The notes: generated by a model not told the origin, from the letters alone. 23,481 bases of DNA from Pedosphaera sp. (GCA_031414955.1 JANOQV010000059.1:1-23481); one strand, 5' to 3'; counted from the stretch's first letter, positions 8,801 to 17,239 are shown. Program-made: numbers and translations.

Positions 8801-11800
8801 GACGGCGGTGAGCGGGTCGCCATCGGAGTCCGTGTCATTGGAAAGCACGCCCGCCGCCGCCACGATGAGCGGCGTGTTTTCGACCGCCGCGTAGGAATCA
8901 CCGGCAGCCACCGGCGCGTCGTTCACGGTGGTGATCGTCACCGTGACGGTGGTGAGGGCGGAATTGGTCGTGCCATCCGAGGCGCGGTAGGTGAAGGAAT
9001 CCGGGCCGCTGTAGTTGGGCGTCGGCACGAAAGTGAACGAACCATTGGCATTGAGCGAGAGCGTGCCGTGCGCCGGGCCGGTGGCGAGAACTGCGGTGAG
9101 CACCGAGCCTTCGGCATCGGAATCATTGCCCAGCACGCCGGGCGCGCTGCTCGTGAGCGTGGTGTCTTCCGTGATGGCGTAGCTGTCGGCAATCGCGACC
9201 GGCACATCGTTCACCGCCGTGATGGTCAGCGAGACGGTGGCGACGCCCGAGTTCAGCGTGCCGTCCGAGACGCGGTAGGTGAAAGAGTCGGCTCCGTTGT
9301 AGTTGGCGGCCGGGACGTAGTTGAAGGAGCCGTTGCCGTTCAGGCTGAGCGTGCCGTGGGCCGGGCTGGTGACGAGGGTGACGGTGAGAGAATTGCCATC
9401 CGGGTCCGAGTCGTTGGCCAGCAGGCCGGGCGCAGTCACGGCCAGCGTGGTGTCTTCCGTGGTCGAGTAACTGTCGTTCGCAGCCACCGGCGCTTCATTC
9501 ACTCCGCCCACGGTGAGCGAGACCGTGGCGAGGCCGGAACTGACCGTGCCATCCGACACGGTGTAGGTGAACGAATCGGGACCGTTGTAATTGGTGGCCG
9601 GACGATAGGTGAACGAGCCGTTGGCGTTGAGGGTCAGGGTGCCCTGAGTCGGGCCGCTGAGGAGCGTGACCGAGAGGGTATTGCCGTCGGCGTCGCTGTC
9701 GTTGCCCAGCACGCCTGGCGCGGAGATGGCGAGCAGAATGTCCTCGGTGGCGGTGTAAGCATCGTTGACCGCCACGGGCGCGTCATTCACGGCGTTGATG
9801 GTGAGCGCCACGGTGGTGTTGGCGGAATTGGCTGCGCCATCCGAGGCCCGGTAAACAAAGGAGTCGGGGCCGCTGTAGTTCGCGGTGGGGACAAAGGTGA
9901 AGGAGCCGTTGGCATTGAGCGTGAGCGCACCGTGGGCCGGGCCGGTCACGAGCGTGACCGTGAGCGGGGAGCCTTCGGCATCGGAGTCATTGGCCAGCAA
10001 GCCGGGGGCGTTGACTGTGAGGGTGACGTCCTCGGTGGTGGAGTAACTGTCGCTGCCGGCGAGCGGGGTGTCATTCACCACGGACACGTTGAGCGCCACG
10101 GTGGCAATGCCCGAGTTGAGCGAGCCATCCGAGGCGCGGTAGGTGAAGGAGTCCGGGCCGTTGTAATTGGTGGCCGGACGATAGGTGAACGAGCCGTTGG
10201 CGTTGAGGGTCAAGGTGCCCTGGGTCGGGCCGCTGAGGAGCGTGACCGAGAGGGTGTTGCCATCGGCGTCGGAGTCGTTGCCGAGCACGCCCGGCGCACT
10301 GACGGAGAGCAGGGTGTCTTCGGCCGTGGAGTAAGAGTCGCTGGCGGCGATGGGCGCATCGTTCACCGCGCTGATCGAGAGGGTCACGGTGGTGAGGGCC
10401 GAGTTGAGCGTGCCATCCGAAGCGCGGTAGGTGAAGGAGTCCGCGCCATTGTAATTGGTGACCGGCACAAAGGTGAACGCGCCATTGGCATTGAGCGTGA
10501 GCGTGCCGTGCGCCGGGCTGGCGACCAGGGTGGCGGTGATCGGGTCGCCATCGGAGTCCGTGTCATTGGAGAGCACGCCGGCCGCGCCGACTACGAGCGG
10601 CGTGTTTTCGACCGCCGTGTAAGCATCGCCCGAGGCGAGCGGCGCGTCATTCACCGCGCTCACCGACAGCGAGACGGTGGTGAGGGCGGAAGTGGTCGTG
10701 CCATCCGAGGCGCGGTAGGTGAAGGAATCCGGGCCGCTGTAATTGGTGGCCGCGCGATAGCTGAAAGAGCCGTTGGCATTGAGCGTGAGCGTGCCGTGGG
10801 CCGGGCCGACGACCAGTTCCGCCGTCAACAGGCCGCCTTCGGCATCCGTGTCATTGGCCAGCACGCCGGGCGGGTTGATCGTGAGGGTGGTGTCTTCGAG
10901 GGGCGAATAGTTGTCACTGCCGGCGAGCGGCGTGTCATTCACCAGCGTCACGTTGAGCGAAACATTCCCCAGACCCGAGTTGAGCGTGCCATCGGAGGCA
11001 CGGTAGGAGAAGGCGTCGGGGCCGTTGTAATTGGTGGCCGGGCGATAAGTGAACGAGCCGTTGACGTTGAGAGTCAGCGTGCCGTGAGTCGGGCTGGCGA
11101 CGACCGTGACCGAGAGCGTGTTGCCATCGGCATCGGTGTCGTTGGCCAGCACGCCGGGCGCGCTGACCGTGAGCGTGGTGTCTTCGGCCGTGGAGTAACT
11201 GTCGTTGGCCACCACCGGCGCGTCATTCACCGCGCTCACCGAGAGCGCCACGGTCACGAGGGCTGAGTTGAGCGAGCCGTCGGAGGCGCGATAGGTGAAG
11301 GAATCCGCGCCGCCGAAATTAGTGGTCGGCACGTAAGTGAACGAGCCGTTGGCGTTGAGCGTGAGCGTGCCCTGCGTCGGGTTGGTCACCAGGACGACGC
11401 TTAACGTGTCGCCGTCGGCGTCAGAGTCATTGGAGAGCACACCGGGCGCGCTGACCACCAGCGGCGTGTTCTCGACCGCCGTGTAAGCATCGCCCGCCGC
11501 GACCGGCGCATCATTCACGGCGTTGATGGTGAGTGCGACGGTGGTGTTGGCCGAATTGGCTGCGCCATCCGAAGCGCGATAGGTGAAGGAGTCGGGGCCG
11601 CTGTAGTTCGCGGTGGGGACAAAGGTGAACGAGCCGTTGGCGTTGAGCGTGAGCGAGCCGTGGGCCGCGCCGGTCACGAGCGTGACCGTGAGTGGGGAGC
11701 CTTCGGCATCGGAGTCATTGGCCAGCAAACCGGGTGCGTTGACCGTGAGGGTGGTGTCCTCGGTGGTGGCGTAACTGTCGGCACCGGCGAGCGGTGCGTC

Positions 11801-14800
11801 ATTCACGACGGACACGTTGAGCGAGACCGTGGCGACCCCCGAGTTAAGCGAACCGTCGGAGGCGCGGTAGGTGAAGGAGTCCGCACCGTTGTAATTGGTG
11901 GCCGGGCGGTAGGTGAAGGAGCCGTTGGCGTTGAGGCTCAGGGTGCCTTGAGTCGGGCCGCTGAGGAGCGTGACCGAGAGAGTGTTGCCATCGGCGTCGG
12001 AGTCGTTGCCGAGCACGCCCGGCGCGCTGACGGAGAGCAACGTGTCTTCGGCGATGGAGTAGGAGTCGTTGGCGGCGATGGGCGCATCGTTCACCGCGCT
12101 GATTGAGAGGGTCACGGAGACGCTGGCCGAGTTGAGCGTGCCATCCGAGGCGCGGTAGGTGAAGGAATCCGGGCCGCTGTAATTGGTGACGGGCACATAA
12201 GTGAAAGCGCCGCTGGCATTGAGCGTAATCGTGCCGTGCGCCGGGTTGGAAATGAGGACGGCGTTCAAGGGGTTGCCGTCCGGGTCCGTGTCATTGGAGA
12301 GCACGCCGGCCGCCGCCACGATGAGCGGCGTGTTCTCAACCGCCGCGTACGCATCCGCGGTCGCCACGGGCGCATCGTTCACCGCATTGACCGTAATCGA
12401 AACCGTGGTGTTGGCGGAATTGTTCGCGCCATCCGAGGCGCGGTAGATGAAGGAGTCCGGCCCGTTGTAATTGGTGGCCGGACGATAGGTGAAGGAACCG
12501 TTGGCGTTCAGGGTGAGCGTGCCGTTGGCCGGGCCAGTGACGAGGGCTGCCGTCAACGCGGTGCCTTCCGTGTCGGCGTCATTGCCCAGCACGCCGGGGG
12601 ATCCCACCGTGAGCGTGGTGTCCTCAGTGGTGGCGTAGGTGTCGGCCGCTGCGACCGGCACATCGTTTACCGCCGTGACCGTGAGAGAGACCGTGGCGAC
12701 GGTGGAATTGAGCGTGCCGTCCGTGGCGCGGTAGGTGAAGGAAACGGTTCCGCTGTAATTGGTGGCCGGGACGTAGGTGAAGGAGCCGTTGCCATTCAGG
12801 GTCAAGGCGCCTTGGGCCGGACTGGTCACGAGCACGACGGTGAGCGAGTTGCCATCCGGGTCGGTGTCGTTGGCCAGCAGACCGGGCGCGGTCACGTTGA
12901 GCACGGTGTCTTCCGCCGTGGAGTAGCCGTCATTTCCAGCCACCGGAGTTTCGTTCACGCCATTGACCGTGAGCGCCACGGTCGCCACCCCGGAACTGAG
13001 CGCGCCGTCGGAAGCGGTGTAGGTGAAGGAATCCGGCCCGCTGTAATTGGTGGCCGGGCGATAGGTGAAGGAGCCGTTGGCATTGAGCGTGAGCGTGCCG
13101 TGGGCCGGGCCGCTGACCAGAGTGGCGGTGAGCGCGGTGCCGTCGGCATCGCTGTCGTTGCCCAGCACGCCGGGCGTCGTGATGGAGAGCAAGGTGTCTT
13201 CGGTGGCGGTGTAAGCATCGTTGGCGGCCACGGGCGCATCGTTCACGGCGTTGATGGTGAGGGTTACGGTGGTGTTGGCGGAATTGGCTGCGCCATCCGA
13301 AGCGCGATAGATGAAGGAGTCGGGGCCGCTGTAGTTCGCGGTGGGGACAAAGGTGAAGGAGCCGTTGGCGTTGAGCGTGAGCGAACCGTGGGCCGGGCCG
13401 GTCACGAGCGTGGCGTTGAGCGCGGAGCCTTCGAGGTCGGAGTCATTGGCGAGCAGACCGGGAGCGTTGACGGTGAGGGTGACGTCCTCGGTGGTGGCGT
13501 AACTGTCGGCACCGGCGAGCGGGGCGTCATTCACCACGGACACGTTGAGCGAGACCGTGGCGCCCCCCGAGTTGAGCGAGCCGTCCGAGGCACGGTAGGT
13601 GAAGGAGTCCGCGCCGTTGTAATTGGTGGCCGGGCGATAAGTGAACGAGCCGTTGGGGTTGAGGGTCAAGGTGCCCTGGGTCGGGCCGCTGAGGAGCGTG
13701 ACCGAGAGGGTGTTGCCATCGGCGTCGGAGTCGTTGCCCAACACGCCGGGCGCGCTGACGGAGAGTTGGGTGTCTTCAGCCGTGGAGTAAGAGTCATTGG
13801 CGGCGATGGGGGCGTCGTTCACCGCGCTGACCGAGAGGGTCACGGTGGTGAGGGCCGAGTTGAGCGTGCCATCCGAAGCGCGGTAGGTGAAGGAGTCCGC
13901 GCCATTGTAATTGGTGACGGGCACGTAGGTGAAGGAGCCGTTGGCGTTGAGCGAGAGCGTGCCGTGCGTCGGGTTGACCACCAGGACGGCGGTGAGCGGG
14001 TCGCCATCGGAGTCCGTGTCATTGGAGAGCACGCCGGCCGCCGCGATGATGAGCGGTGTGTTCTCGACGACGGTGTAGCCATCGCCTGTCGCCACCGGCG
14101 CGTCGTTCACGGCATTGACCGAGATGGAAACGGTGGTGACGGCGGAATTAATCGCGCCATCCGAAGCGCGGTAGGTAAAGGAATCCGGGCCGCTGTAATT
14201 GGTGGCGGCGCGATAGGTGAACGAGCCGTTGACGTTGAGCGTGAGCGTGCCGTGGGCCGGGCTGACGACCAGGGCTGCCGTCAACGCGGTACCTTCCGTG
14301 TCGGCGTCATTGTCCAGCACGCCGGGCGCGGCCACCGTGAGCGTCACGTCCTCGGTGGCGGTGAAGCTGTCGGCGACTGCGACCGGCGCATCATTCACCG
14401 CCGTCACGGTCAGCGTGACCGTGGCCACGCCGGAATTGAGCGCGCCATCCGAGGCCCGGTAGGTGAAGAAATCCGTGCCGCTGAAATTCGTGACCGGAAC
14501 ATAGGTGAACGATCCGTTCGCGTTCAGATTCAGCGTGCCGTGGGTCGGAGCGGTCACGACCAGGGCGGTCAGCGAATCACCATCGGTGTCCGTGTCGTTG
14601 CTCAACACGCCCGGGGCCGCGACCGTCAGGACGGTTTCTTCCGCCGTGGAATAGGTTTCATTCACCACCGTCGGCGCATCGTTCACGGCGTTGACCGTGA
14701 TGGAAACGGTTGTGTTGGCGGAGTTGTTCGTGCCATCGGAGGCGCGGTAAACGAAGGAGTCCGGGCCGTAGTAGTTCGTGGTCGCGCGGTAGGTGAAGGA

Positions 14801-16777
14801 GCCGTTGGCGTTCAGGGTCAAGGTGCCGTGGGCGGGTGCCGTCACCACGGTGGCGGTCAGGGCGCTGCCTTCGGGGTCGATGTCGTTCGAGAGCACGCCC
14901 GGCGCAACCACGCTCAGGGTTGTGTCTTCGTTGGCGGTGTAGGCCTCGGCCACGGAGACGGGAGCATCATTGGCCGCCGTCACCGTGAAGGCGACGGTTG
15001 CCGCCGTCGAGTTGAGCGAACCGTCCGACGCCTGATAGCTGAAAGAATCCAGGCCGGTATAATTGGCATCCGGCAGATAGGAGAAGGAGCCGTTGGCATT
15101 CAGCGTGAGCGTGCCGTGGGCCGGGCTGCTGACCAGCAGGGCGATGAGCGGGTCGCCATCCACATCACCGTCGTTACCCAGCAAGCCAGGCGCGGGCAGG
15201 GTGAGAGTAGTGTCCTCGGCCAAGGTGTAGGAATTGTTGGTGGCCAGCGGCGCGTCATTGGCCGGGTTGAGAGTCAGTGTCACGGTCGCGACCGCTGAAG
15301 TAAGCGACAAATCCTTGGTGCGATAGGTGAAGGTAACCGGGCCGTTGTAATTCGTCGCGGGCCGGTAGGTGAAGGATCCGTTCGTGTTGAAAGTCAGCGT
15401 GCCGGCCGCAGGGCTGGTCACGAGCAGGGCGAAGAGGGTGCTGCCATCCACGTCCGTGTCGTTGCCCAGCAGACCAGGAGCCGCCACGGTGAGCAGGGTG
15501 TCCTCGGTTCCGGCAAAAGTGTCGTTCACCGCCACCGGAGCCTCGTTCACCCCCCCGACGCTAATCGTGACGGTGATGACTGTGGAGTCGAGCACGCCGT
15601 CGCGGGCGAAGTAGTTGAAGGAATCCGGTCCGCTGTAATTGGTCACCGGCACATAAATGAAGGAGCCGTTGGGATTGAGCGTGAGCGTGCCATGACTTGG
15701 TTCGTCGAGCAGCACCGCACTAATGGAGTTTCCATCTGGATCGGAATCGTTGCCCAGCACACCTGGTGCGGCCACCGTCAGCGTGGTGTCCTCGGTTGCA
15801 ATATAGGTTTCCGTCACGGCCACCGGCGCGTCGTTCTCCGGCGCGATGGTCAGGCTGACCGTCGCGGCCGCTGAGTTCAAAGCGCCGTCCGAGGCGCGGT
15901 AGGTGAAGGAATCGGCTCCGTTGTAATTGGTGGCCGGGCGGTAATTGAACGAGCCATTGGCACTCACTGTCACCGTGCCGTGGGCCGGGCCGGTGACGAG
16001 AACGGCCGTCAGTGTGTTGCCATCCACATCCGTGTCGTTGCCGAGCAAGCCCGGCGCGCTGACTGCAAGCGTGGTGTCTTCGGTTGTGGCGTAGGCTTCG
16101 TTGGCGGCGATCGGAGCGTCATTCACGCTGCTGACCGTGAGGGACACCGTGCCGAAGGCCGAGGTGAGCAGACCGTCGGAGGCGCGGTAGGTGAATGAGT
16201 CCGGGCCGCTGTAGTTGGTCGAGGCTCGATACGTGAAGGATCCATTGGCGTTCAGCGTGAGCGCGCCATGCGAGGGACCGGTGCCGAGAACGGCGCTCAG
16301 TGGATTGCCCTCGGCATCAAGATCGTTGAACAGAACACCCGCCGCCGCCGCGACCGTCAGCGTCGTGTCTTCCGCGACGCTAAATGAATCATTTGCAACC
16401 ACGGGGGCACTATTTGAACCAGAGCCAGAGGCGAGGAAGGAAATCTCCGGGGAAAAATCACTCTCGAGTTGCGCGGCATTCACCGCCGTGATCGTGAAGA
16501 AATAATTGGTGCCCGAGATCAGATTGCTGACTTGCAGGAAGGTTTGAGTGCCCGCATTCAGGACGGTGGTGTAAACGCGGCTCTGGGTGCCGACGTAAAC
16601 TTTATACTGCACTATGTTTGGTTCCGGGTTCGCGTCCCAATCCAGTCGCAGCGCGGTGGCCCCAGCGGCACCCGTGGCGGTGAAACAAAAAACAAGCGCG
16701 ACGAAGACGACCACTCGCCGGGCAAATCTGCCTGCCACTTTCGCGAGTCCTTCTGAATTTGTGTTCCGGCTTAACAT
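5888..16777 (-). CDS. Giant secreted surface protein/adhesin: signal peptide + FN3 + 34 cadherin-like/Ig-like (tandem-95/Big_9-type) repeats + unique C-terminal region
   Basis: Uninterrupted 3629-aa ORF. Signal peptide RFARRVVVFVALVFCFTATGAAGA; FN3-like LDWDANPEPNIVQYKVYVG...NLISGTNYFFTITAVN; repeat consensus NDAPvA.nDsY...EDT.L.v.APGvL.ND.D.dG..L...LV..P.HGtLtLNaNGSFTY.P..NY.G.DSFTYRASDG..nS...TV.ltV. Confidence 0.95.
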   Translation of the reverse strand: MLSRNTNSEGLAKVAGRFARRVVVFVALVFCFTATGAAGATALRLDWDANPEPNIVQYKVYVGTQSRVYTTVLNAGTQTFLQVSNLISGTNYFFTITAVNAAQLESDFSPEISFLASGSGSNSAPVVANDSFSVAEDTTLTVAAAAGVLFNDLDAEGNPLSAVLGTGPSHGALTLNANGSFTYRASTNYSGPDSFTYRASDGLLTSAFGTVSLTVSSVNDAPIAANEAYATTEDTTLAVSAPGLLGNDTDVDGNTLTAVLVTGPAHGTVTVSANGSFNYRPATNYNGADSFTYRASDGALNSAAATVSLTIAPENDAPVAVTETYIATEDTTLTVAAPGVLGNDSDPDGNSISAVLLDEPSHGTLTLNPNGSFIYVPVTNYSGPDSFNYFARDGVLDSTVITVTISVGGVNEAPVAVNDTFAGTEDTLLTVAAPGLLGNDTDVDGSTLFALLVTSPAAGTLTFNTNGSFTYRPATNYNGPVTFTYRTKDLSLTSAVATVTLTLNPANDAPLATNNSYTLAEDTTLTLPAPGLLGNDGDVDGDPLIALLVSSPAHGTLTLNANGSFSYLPDANYTGLDSFSYQASDGSLNSTAATVAFTVTAANDAPVSVAEAYTANEDTTLSVVAPGVLSNDIDPEGSALTATVVTAPAHGTLTLNANGSFTYRATTNYYGPDSFVYRASDGTNNSANTTVSITVNAVNDAPTVVNETYSTAEETVLTVAAPGVLSNDTDTDGDSLTALVVTAPTHGTLNLNANGSFTYVPVTNFSGTDFFTYRASDGALNSGVATVTLTVTAVNDAPVAVADSFTATEDVTLTVAAPGVLDNDADTEGTALTAALVVSPAHGTLTLNVNGSFTYRAATNYSGPDSFTYRASDGAINSAVTTVSISVNAVNDAPVATGDGYTVVENTPLIIAAAGVLSNDTDSDGDPLTAVLVVNPTHGTLSLNANGSFTYVPVTNYNGADSFTYRASDGTLNSALTTVTLSVSAVNDAPIAANDSYSTAEDTQLSVSAPGVLGNDSDADGNTLSVTLLSGPTQGTLTLNPNGSFTYRPATNYNGADSFTYRASDGSLNSGGATVSLNVSVVNDAPLAGADSYATTEDVTLTVNAPGLLANDSDLEGSALNATLVTGPAHGSLTLNANGSFTFVPTANYSGPDSFIYRASDGAANSANTTVTLTINAVNDAPVAANDAYTATEDTLLSITTPGVLGNDSDADGTALTATLVSGPAHGTLTLNANGSFTYRPATNYSGPDSFTYTASDGALSSGVATVALTVNGVNETPVAGNDGYSTAEDTVLNVTAPGLLANDTDPDGNSLTVVLVTSPAQGALTLNGNGSFTYVPATNYSGTVSFTYRATDGTLNSTVATVSLTVTAVNDVPVAAADTYATTEDTTLTVGSPGVLGNDADTEGTALTAALVTGPANGTLTLNANGSFTYRPATNYNGPDSFIYRASDGANNSANTTVSITVNAVNDAPVATADAYAAVENTPLIVAAAGVLSNDTDPDGNPLNAVLISNPAHGTITLNASGAFTYVPVTNYSGPDSFTYRASDGTLNSASVSVTLSISAVNDAPIAANDSYSIAEDTLLSVSAPGVLGNDSDADGNTLSVTLLSGPTQGTLSLNANGSFTYRPATNYNGADSFTYRASDGSLNSGVATVSLNVSVVNDAPLAGADSYATTEDTTLTVNAPGLLANDSDAEGSPLTVTLVTGAAHGSLTLNANGSFTFVPTANYSGPDSFTYRASDGAANSANTTVALTINAVNDAPVAAGDAYTAVENTPLVVSAPGVLSNDSDADGDTLSVVLVTNPTQGTLTLNANGSFTYVPTTNFGGADSFTYRASDGSLNSALVTVALSVSAVNDAPVVANDSYSTAEDTTLTVSAPGVLANDTDADGNTLSVTVVASPTHGTLTLNVNGSFTYRPATNYNGPDAFSYRASDGTLNSGLGNVSLNVTLVNDTPLAGSDNYSPLEDTTLTINPPGVLANDTDAEGGLLTAELVVGPAHGTLTLNANGSFSYRAATNYSGPDSFTYRASDGTTTSALTTVSLSVSAVNDAPLASGDAYTAVENTPLVVGAAGVLSNDTDSDGDPITATLVASPAHGTLTLNANGAFTFVPVTNYNGADSFTYRASDGTLNSALTTVTLSISAVNDAPIAASDSYSTAEDTLLSVSAPGVLGNDSDADGNTLSVTLLSGPTQGTLTLNANGSFTYRPATNYNGPDSFTYRASDGSLNSGIATVALNVSVVNDTPLAGSDSYSTTEDVTLTVNAPGLLANDSDAEGSPLTVTLVTGPAHGALTLNANGSFTFVPTANYSGPDSFVYRASDGAANSANTTVALTINAVNDAPVAVNDAYTATEDILLAISAPGVLGNDSDADGNTLSVTLLSGPTQGTLTLNANGSFTYRPATNYNGPDSFTYTVSDGTVSSGLATVSLTVGGVNEAPVAANDSYSTTEDTTLAVTAPGLLANDSDPDGNSLTVTLVTSPAHGTLSLNGNGSFNYVPAANYNGADSFTYRVSDGTLNSGVATVSLTITAVNDVPVAIADSYAITEDTTLTSSAPGVLGNDSDAEGSVLTAVLATGPAHGTLSLNANGSFTFVPTPNYSGPDSFTYRASDGTTNSALTTVTVTITTVNDAPVAAGDSYAAVENTPLIVAAAGVLSNDTDSDGDPLTAVLVVNPTHGTLSLNANGSFTYVPVTNYNGADSFTYRASDGSLNSSSVSVTLSISAVNDAPIAANDSYSTAEDTLLSVSAPGVLGNDSDADGNTLSVTLLSGPTQGTLTLNANGSFTYRPATNYNGADSFTYRASDGSLNSGIATVALNVSVVNDAPLAGADSYATTEDVTLTVNAPGLLANDSDLEGSALNATLVTGPTHGSLTLNANGSFTFVPTANYSGPDSFVYRTSDGSLNSANTTVALTINAVNDAPVAVNDAYTATEDTLLSITTPGVLGNDSDAEGTALTATLVSGPAHGTLTLNANGSFNYVPATDYNGPDSFTYTVSDGALSSSAATVSFNVGGVNEAPVAVADSFSIAEDTTLAVTSSGLLANDTDPDGNSLTAALVTSPAHGTLTLNGNGSFNYVPATNYNGPDSFTYRVSDGTLNSPVATVSLNLTPVNDPPGAANNSHSGGRNKKVTSSVLVNATDPEGDALVAVLVNSPAHGAVTLSAGGAFEYLAVTNYVGSDSFTYRVSDGQLTSPDATVFLTITADNDEPIFANGDSNYFTLQNMTLVLPASGGVLTNDISSNPLTAVLLTTTTHGTLTLNADGGFTYVPQTDFLGLDTFYYYATDGAVTSTVATVTIAVAPEGVPPVVANDSFTVEANSAFSSDAPGVLANDIEMNGGALQAVLETPAAHGDVLLNADGSFFYSPAADYAGEDTFTYRAFYGPQISGLAVVTITVLSTNNTGAALTNIFTELQATTTMWGGSDLKIRAARRALASLPATVTQAAADYYAVARASRVSNSPELSAKGREVGDYLTLQLQLTVNLLSTQLLVVVPSIYTTRATNALLVAQSLLTDIGPTGDLLDRAKTLNSVISQAGKAALAIKSGSLAPASVAGRAVGIRTTAPRSWKSYRRIHFDSSRFIIEDLNGVMVTGGTYQYVRTKHNGATLSLVFDNQPDLPFNCKLTFTTRSTMISGSGVRGSISFK
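6626..16414 (-). repeat. Intragenic tandem array of 34 units; units 2-31 are exactly 288 bp (96 aa)
   Basis: Unit-start Asn codons checked at 16123 (R2), 14107 (R9), 9787 (R24), 8635 (R28) and 7483 (R32) are all exact multiples of 288 apart. R1 is 97 aa; R32-R34 are divergent. Confidence 0.95.
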
Positions 16778-16793
16778 TTCTAAGCGGCGCTCA

Positions 16794-16810
16794 CGCAGTA
16801 TTCGTGCCGC
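16794..16810 (-). promoter_or_regulatory. Candidate sigma54 -24/-12 promoter of the giant protein gene
   Basis: Minus strand reads CGGCACG-AATA-CTGC against consensus TGGCACG-N4-TTGC: exact GG-N10-GC spacing, two mismatches, 17 nt upstream of the ATG. Confidence 0.5.
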
Positions 16811-17125
16811 AAATTGGAAAAGGCCAAAGTTCCTCTGAATGTTGGCGCATCGCTCACTTCTCCGCAGTCTTGCCCATCCGCTTCAGGACACTTGCCTGTC
16901 CCCTCGAACGACAAGAATCAGGACGGCCGACCGGTGGGCACCTGTCCATTGGTGATACACGGCGGAGTCTTGGGCCTGCTCAGGCTGGAAACGGTTCGGA
17001 TCTCATTATCGCCTTTAATTACAAGGGTATTTGCTGCTTGCCCCTTCCGGGCCGGTGCTTAATCTCCGGTGGGAGGTACGGGATTTACCGAGTCGGTGTA
17101 CAGTGTCGCGCGCGCGCCCAATTTA

Positions 17126-17154
17126 TTGACGCACCCATACCCCCTTGGTAGAAA
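17126..17154 (+). promoter_or_regulatory. Candidate sigma70 promoter (distal) for the polysaccharide operon
   Basis: TTGACG-N17-TAGAAA with TGG immediately before the -10 and an AT-rich stretch upstream; the -10 lacks the final T. Confidence 0.35.
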
Positions 17155-17210
17155 TCAGACGCACGCCACCCCTGTGGACGCACCTCCCTGAAAGAGGGAC
17201 GAAGCGGGGG

Positions 17211-17239
17211 TTGATAGGAAAATAAATCGAATCTAGGTT
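17211..17239 (+). promoter_or_regulatory. Candidate sigma70 promoter (proximal) for the polysaccharide operon
   Basis: TTGATA-N17-TAGGTT, ending 11 nt before the ATG at 17251; would give a nearly leaderless mRNA. Confidence 0.35.

Noticed and set aside
7916..15298. Very long plus-strand ORFs 7916-11266 (1116 aa) and 12236-15298 (1020 aa)
   Set aside because: Antisense shadows of the repeat protein. The Arg/Gly/Val-rich translation mirrors the 288-bp period, and stops are scarce because of GC-rich codon use on the coding strand.
6626..16414. Array considered as CRISPR or as a diversity-generating retroelement target
   Set aside because: The units are in-frame coding domains with no spacers. 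No cas or reverse transcriptase gene is present, and the differences I inspected are not adenine-specific.
6626..16414. Dense N-x-S/T sequons (about 3-5 per repeat) as evidence of N-glycosylation by the adjacent cluster
   Set aside because: Most are structural repeat motifs (NDS/NDT, NGS, NYS) and nearly all lack the D/E at -2 of the bacterial sequon. No oligosaccharyltransferase is in the window, and the Wzc-like gene points to capsule/EPS. Not excluded, but unsupported.
16759..17151. Short ORFs in the divergent spacer, and a search for an ops/JUMPstart element
   Set aside because: No coding features, and no GGCGGTAG found upstream of the polysaccharide operon.
17172..17204. Hammerhead-ribozyme-like string CTGTGGA...TCCCT GAAAG AGGGA CGAAG
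   Set aside because: The core CUGANGA and GAAA are both mismatched, extra bases precede stem II, and no stem I/III with a cleavage triplet is found.
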